A stretch of DNA of 64,000 nt, taken from positions 1-64,000 of IMG/VR virus record IMGVR_UViG_3300042363_000729; one strand, given 5' to 3'. Below are positions 50,717-59,385 of this stretch, in pieces. This DNA is from an uncultured virus (IMG/VR IMGVR_UViG_3300042363_000729) (taxonomy: Duplodnaviria; Heunggongvirae; Uroviricota; Caudoviricetes). The notes beneath the pieces were generated by a model. It did no database searches and had not been told where the DNA came from. It saw only the letters and a list, made by a program, of their open reading frames with translations. Position numbers and translations under genes: made by a program. The number at the start of each line of letters is the position of its first letter. Within the stretch, counting starts at the first letter, position 1.

Positions 50717-51246
50717 ATGACCTTGTGTTGATTGCCATTCGGGAAGAAGCGCCCGACCTTGGCCACATGATGAACTTGTTTTATACAGGCGTGGGCAAGG
50801 TCAATGCCGCAATCACAGCCGGCGAAGTCATTGCAAAATACCGTCCCCGACGTGTGATCAACTTTGGCACAGCCGGGGGCATTACTGTGAGCACTGGCCT
50901 ACATCAATGCACTCAATTTGTGCAAAGAGACATGAGTTGTGAAGGACTGGGATGTGAATCAGGACAAACACCATTTGAATCCAGCATAGCAATTGGCACA
51001 CCAGGATTAACATGCAGTACAGGCGATAACTTTGTGATGAACTCACCACTGCACATACCAGCAGATCTAGTAGACATGGAAGCCTATTCCATAGCCAAAG
51101 CATGTGAAAAATATCACGTGGAATTTCTTTGTTTCAAATATGTTAGTGATCAAGCCAATGCCACAGCCAATACTGATTGGCGTAATTCTGTAGCTCAAGG
51201 GCAATCACATTATGTCAACAAACTCAAAGAGTTAAACTTGTTATAA
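50713..51246 (+). CDS. MTA/SAH nucleosidase-like protein (PNP_UDP_1 family)
   Basis: TGVGKVNAA, INFGTAG, STGDNF, VDMEAY, KYVSD. Confidence 0.88.
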   Translation: MNDLVLIAIREEAPDLGHMMNLFYTGVGKVNAAITAGEVIAKYRPRRVINFGTAGGITVSTGLHQCTQFVQRDMSCEGLGCESGQTPFESSIAIGTPGLTCSTGDNFVMNSPLHIPADLVDMEAYSIAKACEKYHVEFLCFKYVSDQANATANTDWRNSVAQGQSHYVNKLKELNLL

Positions 51247-51689
51247 AGACTTGCTACGCAAGTCTGTTGATATCACTTCGTTCATCAACGTTTGTTTTAA
51301 GTATCATCTAGATTAATCGGTCACACTTTGCCCGCACAGGGCAAAGATAAGATCTGTAGCATCATCCGAGTAGCACAGTCACTTAGCGTTCAAACTATAA
51401 TTGACTATAATTCACTATAATCAATTGCACAGGCGGTTGTCCGGTACCTGCTCATTTTGTCTTTACAACGGCAGCTTGACACACATACGCTAACACATGT
51501 ATCAAACCTGTACTATCACTAGTACATCTTTGGGCCTAAAAAATTCTGTTCAAACAATCAAACCGCGGCATTTTGCGATCGTCGTCCTGTCAAGGATAGT
51601 GATTGAGTGCTCGCTAGCGCGGCGAGGCTTCCACTCCCTGCGATCCGAGATCCAGGTCTAGGGCACATGAAATTGACCTGTGCAAGTCT
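51247..51689 (-). ncRNA. Candidate large structured non-coding RNA (~440 nt)
   Basis: No ORF of 60 aa or more; at least 8 hairpins, long-range 5'/3' pairing, two candidate pseudoknots; a GNRA loop and G-U pairs favour the minus strand. Confidence 0.6.
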
Positions 51690-52123
51690 TAACTGCTTAG
51701 TTTGTTGATTATGTGGCTGCCATGGACGCGAACTTGAATGTGACCATTGTAATAGTCCTTGCTTTCAAGCACACGCCGAGAAAATTGTTCTCTTGCTTCG
51801 ATATAACTGCATTCTGATTTGGAGTTACAATAGTAAAGTATTTCGCGAGTGAAGTTTTCTTTGCCTATCTGTTCCACGTCCTTAGTTAGTTCAGGGCTAG
51901 ACCCGTAGTAGTCACGCCAATCACTGTCCACCTTGGTGCGGATTTTTTGTTTTTTCTTGTTGCCGTTTTTGAGTTTGACTGTCTTTTGAGTAGTCTTAGA
52001 AAATTTGGCTAATTTTTTGCCTATGTATTTGCGTTGATTTGTGATGTTTGTAATCAAGTAGACAAAGCCCACGCAATCTTCGGGAAGAGTTTCCACCAGT
52101 TGATTGTTGTATAGCCATGTCAT
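51689..52123 (-). CDS. GIY-YIG family endonuclease (Seg/EndoII-like, catalytic domain only)
   Basis: GFVYLITN...KYIGKK, YYGSS, FTREIL, E, YYN motifs; 144 aa; TAACTA 6 nt before the ATG. Confidence 0.85.
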   Translation of the reverse strand: MTWLYNNQLVETLPEDCVGFVYLITNITNQRKYIGKKLAKFSKTTQKTVKLKNGNKKKQKIRTKVDSDWRDYYGSSPELTKDVEQIGKENFTREILYYCNSKSECSYIEAREQFSRRVLESKDYYNGHIQVRVHGSHIINKLSS

Positions 52124-52161
52124 TCATTGTAGTTACCTGTTTGCTGCCTGTAAGTTGAAAT

Positions 52162-53169
52162 TTACCATTCTAATGTGTGTGAAGTGTCAGATAAACGGTC
52201 TGGAGTACATTTGGTTTGACATTCCAAACTGTTGAATTTTAAAAAGTCAGTACTCCAAAACGGATCTTGTATGATTTCGTTAAATGTTTTTGTGTTTAGG
52301 TTAAACCGTCCGTGCCATGCCTGGTTGTGATCGTAGCGATTGGCTGTCCAACAACAGGGATAAAATTCTCCTTGACTGTTGACAAAAACACCTTTGTTTC
52401 CAATCAAGCAAATCCCTGCATAACCGTTCAGTGTGCTAGCACGTTGTTGAAACAGCATTTTGAGAGATTGCCCAGGTCTTGGCCTTGGGTTAAGCTGAGT
52501 GCTTTCGCGCTCGTATCTATGTCCTGATGCTATCAACTGTGAATCAGTGGGTTCAAGATCGTCCACTGCCCCATAGGCGTTGGGATACTTGCTACCAAAT
52601 TTTGTAGATTTTGTAAGTTGAAAGCAGTCAAATTTTAAGTCTCTAGCAAAGGACTGCATTTTATCTAAGTTGTCTTGGTTGAATCTAAATGCAATGGCAG
52701 CCCAGACACGATATGTTGATGTGTTTGCAGTGCAAAATGCTTCAATGCCGTGCATTATGCTGATCCAGTCGCTGTGAACTCTATACTGAATGTTGCTATG
52801 ATTGTCCCAGCCGTCAAGGCTCCAATGCACTTCGTCGTCATGATTGAGAATTTCACCCAATTCTGTCCACCAATGCACAGGCTTGTAACTGCCATTGGTG
52901 ATCACCACCAGTTGTATTTTGGGATTGGTTTTCTTAATCCAACGACAGATGTCTAGGAATTCTCGACAGTATATAGGGTCTCCGTCATTGCCACAGAAAG
53001 TGATTTTTTTAATTTTTGACACCACTTCTGCTCCAATCTGCTTACGAAAAAAATTCAACGTAAGTTGTTTGTTTAGCAGAGTTTCAGGTAGCTCAGCTCT
53101 TGGGCACCTTGGGCATTTTAAGGCACATATACTGCTGGGTTCGATATGCCAGTGATCCCAGGCTATCAT
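52162..53169 (-). CDS. Radical SAM protein with C-terminal SPASM/twitch-like domain
   Basis: CALKCPRC, FCGNDGDP, TNGS, YPCCW, CQTKC; start trimmed to MIAWDHW. Confidence 0.88.
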   Translation of the reverse strand: MIAWDHWHIEPSSICALKCPRCPRAELPETLLNKQLTLNFFRKQIGAEVVSKIKKITFCGNDGDPIYCREFLDICRWIKKTNPKIQLVVITNGSYKPVHWWTELGEILNHDDEVHWSLDGWDNHSNIQYRVHSDWISIMHGIEAFCTANTSTYRVWAAIAFRFNQDNLDKMQSFARDLKFDCFQLTKSTKFGSKYPNAYGAVDDLEPTDSQLIASGHRYERESTQLNPRPRPGQSLKMLFQQRASTLNGYAGICLIGNKGVFVNSQGEFYPCCWTANRYDHNQAWHGRFNLNTKTFNEIIQDPFWSTDFLKFNSLECQTKCTPDRLSDTSHTLEW

Positions 53170-54035
53170 AGCTGTACCTCTCGTTGCCATTGTTGACTAA
53201 AGCTGGTGCCCACCGCAGTAGTGCCACAAGTGTCTAGGCATACAATGTTGGGTTGCAAACTGGCCCAAGAATTTTCTACTTCTTTAAAATCTGTCACAAA
53301 GTCCTTTTGCCTAGCACCAAGCCAGCAACAAGGACTTGTGCGGCTCTGGGCGTCAATGTATAGACTTTGCTCATTGAGAGCATGACAATTGACCTTGATT
53401 GATTTTACGTTTGGCACCTGCCATCCAATTGGTTGTTCAAGTCTGTTTGTAAACCCACGCTTTGACACCTTGGCTCTAAACCATTTGAAACCCATGTCTC
53501 GGGCCAGTTGTTCGCATTCTTCAACTTGATCTTGATTGTGTCGGTAAACCAACATGTCCCAGTGTGCTGATCCGCCGGCTTCTACAAATGCAGTTACGTT
53601 TTGCATTATCTTAGACCATGTGACATTTTTTCTGTAAACATGATTGGTACTTTCCAATCCATCAATACTAAACACAACGTAATCTTGTGATTGATTAAAC
53701 AATCGTCCCAGTTCAAACCACCAAAATGTATTTTGCAAAGCACCGTTGGTATTCATGCCAAGCACAATGTTTTTATTAAGTTTGCGGAATTCTTGACAAA
53801 TGTTTAATGTGTGTTTACCTGCCGCAGGATCACCATAATTGCCGCACATGAACATCTTGTCAAGTTTGGTAATAGATTCAGCATCAAACATTTGTAGTAT
53901 CTGATCCATAGAGAGATGATGCTGACGATCTTTTTTAAAGTTCGTGTCAGTTTCTCTAGCACACAACGCACATGCGGCTTGGCATACGTCTGTGGGCTCT
54001 AGGTGTAATACTTTTATGTCACGCAAGTTCAACAT
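53166..54035 (-). CDS. Radical SAM protein with C-terminal SPASM/twitch-like domain; paralog of 52162-53169
   Basis: CQAACALC, MCGNYGDP, TNGA, FSIDG, SPCCW; start trimmed to MLNLRD. Confidence 0.88.
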   Translation of the reverse strand: MLNLRDIKVLHLEPTDVCQAACALCARETDTNFKKDRQHHLSMDQILQMFDAESITKLDKMFMCGNYGDPAAGKHTLNICQEFRKLNKNIVLGMNTNGALQNTFWWFELGRLFNQSQDYVVFSIDGLESTNHVYRKNVTWSKIMQNVTAFVEAGGSAHWDMLVYRHNQDQVEECEQLARDMGFKWFRAKVSKRGFTNRLEQPIGWQVPNVKSIKVNCHALNEQSLYIDAQSRTSPCCWLGARQKDFVTDFKEVENSWASLQPNIVCLDTCGTTAVGTSFSQQWQREVQL

Positions 54036-55782
54036 CCGTATTGTAGCTGGTAAACCCGTTTTCTTTGATAACCTTGAGAATGTTCTCCACACGACCGGCC
54101 AGCTCGTCTCTGTGACTCACAAGCCAAATACTCTTGTGACGCTCACGACTCATCTTCTTCAGCAGGCCCAAAGCATTCTCCACGCCCTGTGTGTCCAAGC
54201 CGTTGTCAATGAGTTCATCAATGAACAACAGATTAATAGGACTGTACAAACTTTCCCACACGTCACGGAATGCCCAGCTCATGCTGAGAATCAGTCGGTT
54301 ACGTTCGCCTCGACTTAAATTATCAAAGTCTAGCTCACGGCCCAGTTCTTCAATGCTCACAGTAAGGTCGTTCATGAATTTAACTGTGTGCGGTAATCCA
54401 ATTCTATCCAAGTAGTGTGTGAGCCGCTGATTGAGATAGCTCAAGTTTTGATCAATAATTTTCTTACGAACAAAACTGTCTTTGGATGTTAGCAGTTTGA
54501 GCAAGAAGTCTTGATGTTCTTGCAATCTAGTTAGCTCATTCAAATGATCGTAACTTACAACCTGCAGAGCTTGTCCCTGCATGTCAGAAATCTGTTCAGT
54601 GTAAGGGTCAGTTTCACTGCGACGAGCTTCCAAACTAGTGCGAAGTGTGCTCAAGGTATTGCGATGATTTAATGCATCTTCCAAGGTGTCATAAAACACC
54701 GTGGGTGCTGTGCCCAACGCACCCACCTGTGTCAACATGTCTTGGTGTCCTTGACGCTGTGTGTCGTTGGCCAAAAGTTGTAAAGCAGTTTCTTTTACTA
54801 GATCTTCTTTGGCTTGTTTGAGTTCATCTTGTTTGTTGTCATGCAAGTCCTGACCACAACTATGGCACTTGTGATCGTCTAGTGCTGTAATCTCAGTTCG
54901 GAGTTTGTCCAACAGTTTTTGTTGTTTGACATCATCAGCATCTATCTGACGGATATAACGAGTAGCATCATCTATGGCTTTTTTCCGTACATGGAATGCT
55001 TCTAAATCTCTGTGCGCTTGTACTTCAACGTCAATGTCAATGTGTTCAAGGTCAGCTATGGCTTGTTCAAAATTCGCACAGTCTTCATTTTGTTTTTTAA
55101 CCCACAAGGTTTGACGTTTGCGTAGACTTTCAATTTGTTCTTCAATTCGCTTGTTGGCTTCTTGTGTGGCTCGAATACGCATTTCTTCTTGCGCAATGCC
55201 ATCTTTAGTTTGACGATTGAGTTCTTTGATACGATCAGCTTTTTCACTCAGCAATGTAATGCCCAGCAACTGTTCAATGATCACACGTTGTTCATTGGCC
55301 TTTAAACTGAGAAACGGCGGAGTGTAAGTGTTCAAGCCTACAATGTGTTGAAACATGTCATGGCTCATACCAAGCATGCGTTCAATCTCGTCTTGTGTTT
55401 CTCTTGAATCACCTTGTGCTTCGTCAGTGGCTGTTTTTTCTTGATTGTTTACATAAAATCTCAGCACATTGGGTTTGCGTCCACGTTCAATACGATAGGA
55501 AATGCTGTTAACGTCAAGATCAACACTGACTAGCATGCCCTTGGCGTTGGTTTTGTTTACCAAGTTGTCTTTGCGAATGTTGCTTAATGCCTGTCCAAAC
55601 AAGGCATAACTTAACGCATTGATGATTGTGGTTTTGCCTGTGCCATTGCGCGAGCCGTCACCACCAAGGTCTAAGTTTTCGCCTAGAACAAGTGTAAGGT
55701 CTGTGCGATCAAAGTCAACACCTTGCGTAGCATTGCCCACGCTCATGAAATTTCGAACAGTTAAGTTTTTAATTTGAATCAT
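54019..55782 (-). CDS. Recombination endonuclease ATPase subunit (T4 gp46/SbcC/Rad50-like)
   Basis: NGTGKTT Walker A, CHSC zinc hook, LSRGE signature, LFIDE Walker B, VSH. Confidence 0.95.
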   Translation of the reverse strand: MIQIKNLTVRNFMSVGNATQGVDFDRTDLTLVLGENLDLGGDGSRNGTGKTTIINALSYALFGQALSNIRKDNLVNKTNAKGMLVSVDLDVNSISYRIERGRKPNVLRFYVNNQEKTATDEAQGDSRETQDEIERMLGMSHDMFQHIVGLNTYTPPFLSLKANEQRVIIEQLLGITLLSEKADRIKELNRQTKDGIAQEEMRIRATQEANKRIEEQIESLRKRQTLWVKKQNEDCANFEQAIADLEHIDIDVEVQAHRDLEAFHVRKKAIDDATRYIRQIDADDVKQQKLLDKLRTEITALDDHKCHSCGQDLHDNKQDELKQAKEDLVKETALQLLANDTQRQGHQDMLTQVGALGTAPTVFYDTLEDALNHRNTLSTLRTSLEARRSETDPYTEQISDMQGQALQVVSYDHLNELTRLQEHQDFLLKLLTSKDSFVRKKIIDQNLSYLNQRLTHYLDRIGLPHTVKFMNDLTVSIEELGRELDFDNLSRGERNRLILSMSWAFRDVWESLYSPINLLFIDELIDNGLDTQGVENALGLLKKMSRERHKSIWLVSHRDELAGRVENILKVIKENGFTSYNTDVELA

Positions 55783-56795
55783 AGAGTCTGGTAAATTTTC
55801 AATAGTAGTTTGTTGTCGTAGAATTCTGATTCAATGTTGGTAATCTGATCAGTGACAATTTGATCTACTGATTCAAATTTAACTTCGCCAGGAGCCATGT
55901 CTGTGTCAACGCCAGATGACTTGTTTGGTATTAGTGACATTTCTCTCAGCGCATAGTCCTTGACAAAAGTTTCTTTAATGAAGTTTGCTTCTTCGTAGCT
56001 GATCTCAATGTCTAGATTAACACGCACATGCATCTTGGGTTGAAGAAGCTTTTGAGCATTGTCAATAAGAGTTGCAAGCCCGTAAACTCTGTAAGTGGGC
56101 TGATCAGGCCAGGCATGATATACTGGATCTTGTCCCCACTCCAGTACAGTAAGTCCACGTTCGTCATCACCAGCGTCGGCATAGTTGTGTGGAAAGCAGT
56201 TGCCAATGTAGGTAATGTTCTTTTTGGTTTGACGTTTGTGAAAGTGTCCAGTGAACACATGCCCAAAACCCCCAAGGTCTTCTCTGCGAATCTCACCATG
56301 ATCCGGCATCTCTACCATGGCATTCATCAAATAGCCAGGCAGTTCAAAATGCCCAAACAAGTAATCACCTTTTAGTTTGGCCAGGCGTTTGTGATCATCG
56401 CCGCACAACCAAGGAGCAATAGTAACATTGCCGTCGCTAAACCAATCGTTACATATAGTAACATTGGGAAGATGTCGTGCCCACTCCACACTTTGTATAT
56501 CACGTTTATCCCGATAATACAAATCGTGATTACCAGGAATGAAATACACACGTTCAAAATTAGCATTCATGTGCTCCAGTGCTCGTAAGCTGTAGTTTAG
56601 AGTGACAATATTTAGGCTGGCCCGATTGTTGTGCCAGTCGCCCAGGAACAAGCAGGTCTCACAACCTTCAGATCGGGCCTTGGCAGTTGCCCACTTGACA
56701 AAGTTTAGGCAATCCTCATTGTGTTGAACGCTGTTGCTTTTTAGACCAAAGTGGATGTCGGTGAAGATCGCGGCTTTACGAAATAGATTTGTCAT
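55779..56795 (-). CDS. Recombination endonuclease nuclease subunit (T4 gp47/SbcD/Mre11-like)
   Basis: DIHFG, LGDW, GNHD, GHFE, GHFH metallophosphoesterase motifs. Confidence 0.95.
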   Translation of the reverse strand: MTNLFRKAAIFTDIHFGLKSNSVQHNEDCLNFVKWATAKARSEGCETCLFLGDWHNNRASLNIVTLNYSLRALEHMNANFERVYFIPGNHDLYYRDKRDIQSVEWARHLPNVTICNDWFSDGNVTIAPWLCGDDHKRLAKLKGDYLFGHFELPGYLMNAMVEMPDHGEIRREDLGGFGHVFTGHFHKRQTKKNITYIGNCFPHNYADAGDDERGLTVLEWGQDPVYHAWPDQPTYRVYGLATLIDNAQKLLQPKMHVRVNLDIEISYEEANFIKETFVKDYALREMSLIPNKSSGVDTDMAPGEVKFESVDQIVTDQITNIESEFYDNKLLLKIYQTL

Positions 56796-56801
56796 TGATA
56801 T

Positions 56802-56830
56802 AGTTTAACAGATAAAACAAACAATCGCAA
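56802..56830 (-). promoter_or_regulatory. Sigma70-type promoter for gp47/gp46
   Basis: TTGCGA-17 nt-TAAACT with a TGn extension; ATG 6 nt downstream. Confidence 0.55.
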
Positions 56831-56840
56831 CGTATTTGGT

Positions 56841-58376
56841 TTAATTAAATCCCATAGCATCAGCTATTTCTGGATGGACCCGGGCAAAGTTTTCGCCCCT
56901 TATGTTATCTACCAATTTGATGTTTTTAACAAAATCTTGACCGTCGCTCTGCAACAAGGAATTTTTAACCACATCTAATACAAAATTCAATCGTTGTTGA
57001 TGAATTTCTGGTAAACCAGAATTGGCCAAACGATTAATTACCAGTTGTTTTGCTCGGGGGGTTAGCCGTCTAATACACATCCAGGATGGGGTCTGTAGTA
57101 TGTTGTAAAAGTAATCATCAATACCTTGACTTAACAACCATTGTATCAGTTCTGGAAGATACAGCACGTTTTGCACATTTACTGTGATTGATATGCCCAT
57201 AGTTAGACCAGTATTAGACATGAATTTTTTAAGATTGTTTTGTAGTTGATCCCATGTGGCGCCTGACCGTTGATACTCAAACCTTTGATCAATGTCGTCA
57301 ATGCTCATGGTTATAGTCAATCGATGAAATTGATTAGCACGATCGAACACGTCATGATACTGTGTGCCATTTGTTACAAATTCAAAAATGCAATCTTTAC
57401 TAAGATTGTTATCAATAAGATATTGCATAAATTCTAGGTTCTCTTTGATCATCAAAGGCTCACCGCCGAGAAATTCAAAATTGCGTAGTTGCGGGATTGC
57501 CTTGATTTGGTCAAAGAACATTCCACGATGTTTTTTCCAATTGTTGTTGATTAACATTGTATACACTGGATTGTTTTTGTACTCTTCAGAGTTATTGGCA
57601 AGTTTTTCTGTGGCAATAGAACTGCTGAAATCTTCGCTACAAATTCTACATTTGAGATTACAAAGGTTGCCAAGATGACCGCCAATGAATCCAATATTAT
57701 GATCTGAATCAGACTCCCAATCAATGTGACCCCAAATATTTTGTAATTTAAATCTAGTGAGTTGACGTTTACTCAACCCACCACTGTTTTCAATAGAGGT
57801 ACACTTGGAACAACCTGATGGTACCTTGCCCTGTCTAAATTCTTCTCTCAGGGAATTCATGTGTTTGCTATTAACAATTTCTTTTATTGTATGCTGGCGT
57901 ATGTTAAAATCTTGATTGTTGTTGTCTCTGAGATTGCCTGAAAATTCACAACATAGCTGTGTAGTTCCGTCGGGTAACACATGAATTCCACTCCAGGCAT
58001 GAGCACACATGTGATTGTTGTTGTTAAACATTGGCCTGGCTGTTTCAACTGTGTTGTGCTTGTTACCTTGAGCTTGCTGTACTACCCTAATAGGTTCAAC
58101 CAAAGATTCAAAATATTCCTGGGTCTCAGATTGATTGGTAATCACAGAAACAAAATACGGAGATATGTCAATGTATTGCAGTACGTTAACAATATGATCC
58201 AGCGTGGATCTTTGTACAGGAGAAAAATTATAAAAAATAAACCGATCTTCGCTGTTGTAAACCGGCTTATAGTGAGGGATCAACTCTTTGTACAAAGTAG
58301 AACTTGGCTGGTGTTCTAAATCTTCAATCCATACTACAGCTATTTCGTTGTAAGTACCGGCCATTGTGTTAGTCAT
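56841..58376 (-). CDS. Radical SAM protein with N-terminal twitch/SPASM-like domain
   Basis: CAHAW...LCC...CSKC, then GNLCNLKCRIC, GGEP, TNGT, SID, YQR. Confidence 0.88.
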   Translation of the reverse strand: MTNTMAGTYNEIAVVWIEDLEHQPSSTLYKELIPHYKPVYNSEDRFIFYNFSPVQRSTLDHIVNVLQYIDISPYFVSVITNQSETQEYFESLVEPIRVVQQAQGNKHNTVETARPMFNNNNHMCAHAWSGIHVLPDGTTQLCCEFSGNLRDNNNQDFNIRQHTIKEIVNSKHMNSLREEFRQGKVPSGCSKCTSIENSGGLSKRQLTRFKLQNIWGHIDWESDSDHNIGFIGGHLGNLCNLKCRICSEDFSSSIATEKLANNSEEYKNNPVYTMLINNNWKKHRGMFFDQIKAIPQLRNFEFLGGEPLMIKENLEFMQYLIDNNLSKDCIFEFVTNGTQYHDVFDRANQFHRLTITMSIDDIDQRFEYQRSGATWDQLQNNLKKFMSNTGLTMGISITVNVQNVLYLPELIQWLLSQGIDDYFYNILQTPSWMCIRRLTPRAKQLVINRLANSGLPEIHQQRLNFVLDVVKNSLLQSDGQDFVKNIKLVDNIRGENFARVHPEIADAMGFN

Positions 58377-59271
58377 TTGTGTCTAAACTGCTTGTAACCG
58401 TTCCGCTCATGGCCGCCATTGAATGTTTGCCAGAGTTCTGTCTGGTCCATGAAGGATTCAGTCCGTTCATTTCCAGAATGTCATCACGGATGTTTTGATT
58501 TTTCTTTTCAATGTTCAAGATACGAGTAAAGCTATTAGTGATAGCGGCAGTATAATACGCAAAAGGGTTCTGCGATTTTGACTCGTCAAATTGCAATCCA
58601 ATTTGGCTGAGCTGTAACAGGGCCTGTCCCCGCATTTCTTCGTTGTATGTGTATCCACGCCAGTTACTCCTTGTAGCATATCTTTCGCACAGTTTCATAA
58701 ACATCATGGCCAGCTTGCGGGTCATGTTGCCATGTTCTCTACTGAACTCACCAGTTTGTAAATCGCCTTTCCAGTGACTACGTCCCACAATAAACGGGAC
58801 TTTATCTTTGTCTAAGCGATAGTGTTCAAATGGGGGGAAATTTAATCGCACATGATTCATGTCCAGCACAGGCTCTTCAACCAGGTCAGCCAGTGGATCA
58901 TCTTCTGTAGCGTCATCTAGATCTAGAATGTCTTCTAGTTTTCTGCGCTTGGCCTCGGCCTTGGTAATTTTTTTAGGCGCCTTGGGAATATGATCCCAGC
59001 AAGTGATACGAAACACAATGTCTGCGTTGGGTATTTTTTTGGGGTCTACTATGGTACCTTCACGCTTGAGTCGGTCAGCACGATTGCGACGTGCTTCGGC
59101 CACAGTGCGTTGATTGATTTTGTCCAGGCTGGGTAAAATCATATCATACTGATGATCTAGTTCTCGATCCTGGTACCAACAGTATGTGTTTTTGCTGTGA
59201 TGTATTTCTTTTAAGATATCTCTGTTGTTGAGATAGTTCACGCGAGGTGCAGTTTTTGGCAATAAAGTCAT
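58369..59271 (-). CDS. Late-transcription sigma factor (T4 gp55-like)
   Basis: NYLNNRD N-terminus; RSNWRGYTYNEEM...FDESKSQNPFAYYT...NSF...EKK. Confidence 0.85.
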   Translation of the reverse strand: MTLLPKTAPRVNYLNNRDILKEIHHSKNTYCWYQDRELDHQYDMILPSLDKINQRTVAEARRNRADRLKREGTIVDPKKIPNADIVFRITCWDHIPKAPKKITKAEAKRRKLEDILDLDDATEDDPLADLVEEPVLDMNHVRLNFPPFEHYRLDKDKVPFIVGRSHWKGDLQTGEFSREHGNMTRKLAMMFMKLCERYATRSNWRGYTYNEEMRGQALLQLSQIGLQFDESKSQNPFAYYTAAITNSFTRILNIEKKNQNIRDDILEMNGLNPSWTRQNSGKHSMAAMSGTVTSSLDTND

Positions 59272-59299
59272 GGTTGACTGTGTCTCCTAATGTGTACTT

Positions 59300-59327
59300 A
59301 TTGTAGCAGAAAAACAACATTTGTCAA
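59300..59327 (-). promoter_or_regulatory. Sigma70-type promoter for the gp55-like gene
   Basis: TTGACA-16 nt-TACAAT with TGC extension; adjacent TAAGTA at 59295-59300. Confidence 0.6.
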
Positions 59328-59385
59328 CCTTTTTGTTAAACTACGCCGAAAAAGATTGGGTTAAATAAGGTATAGGAACACAATC

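Noticed and set aside
51247..52123. Group I intron with a homing endonuclease, RNase P RNA or tmRNA
   Set aside because: No interrupted host gene (the flanking genes are complete and convergent). I could not find group I P7 core motifs, correctly ordered RNase P conserved regions or tRNA-like ends. An Infernal search is still needed.
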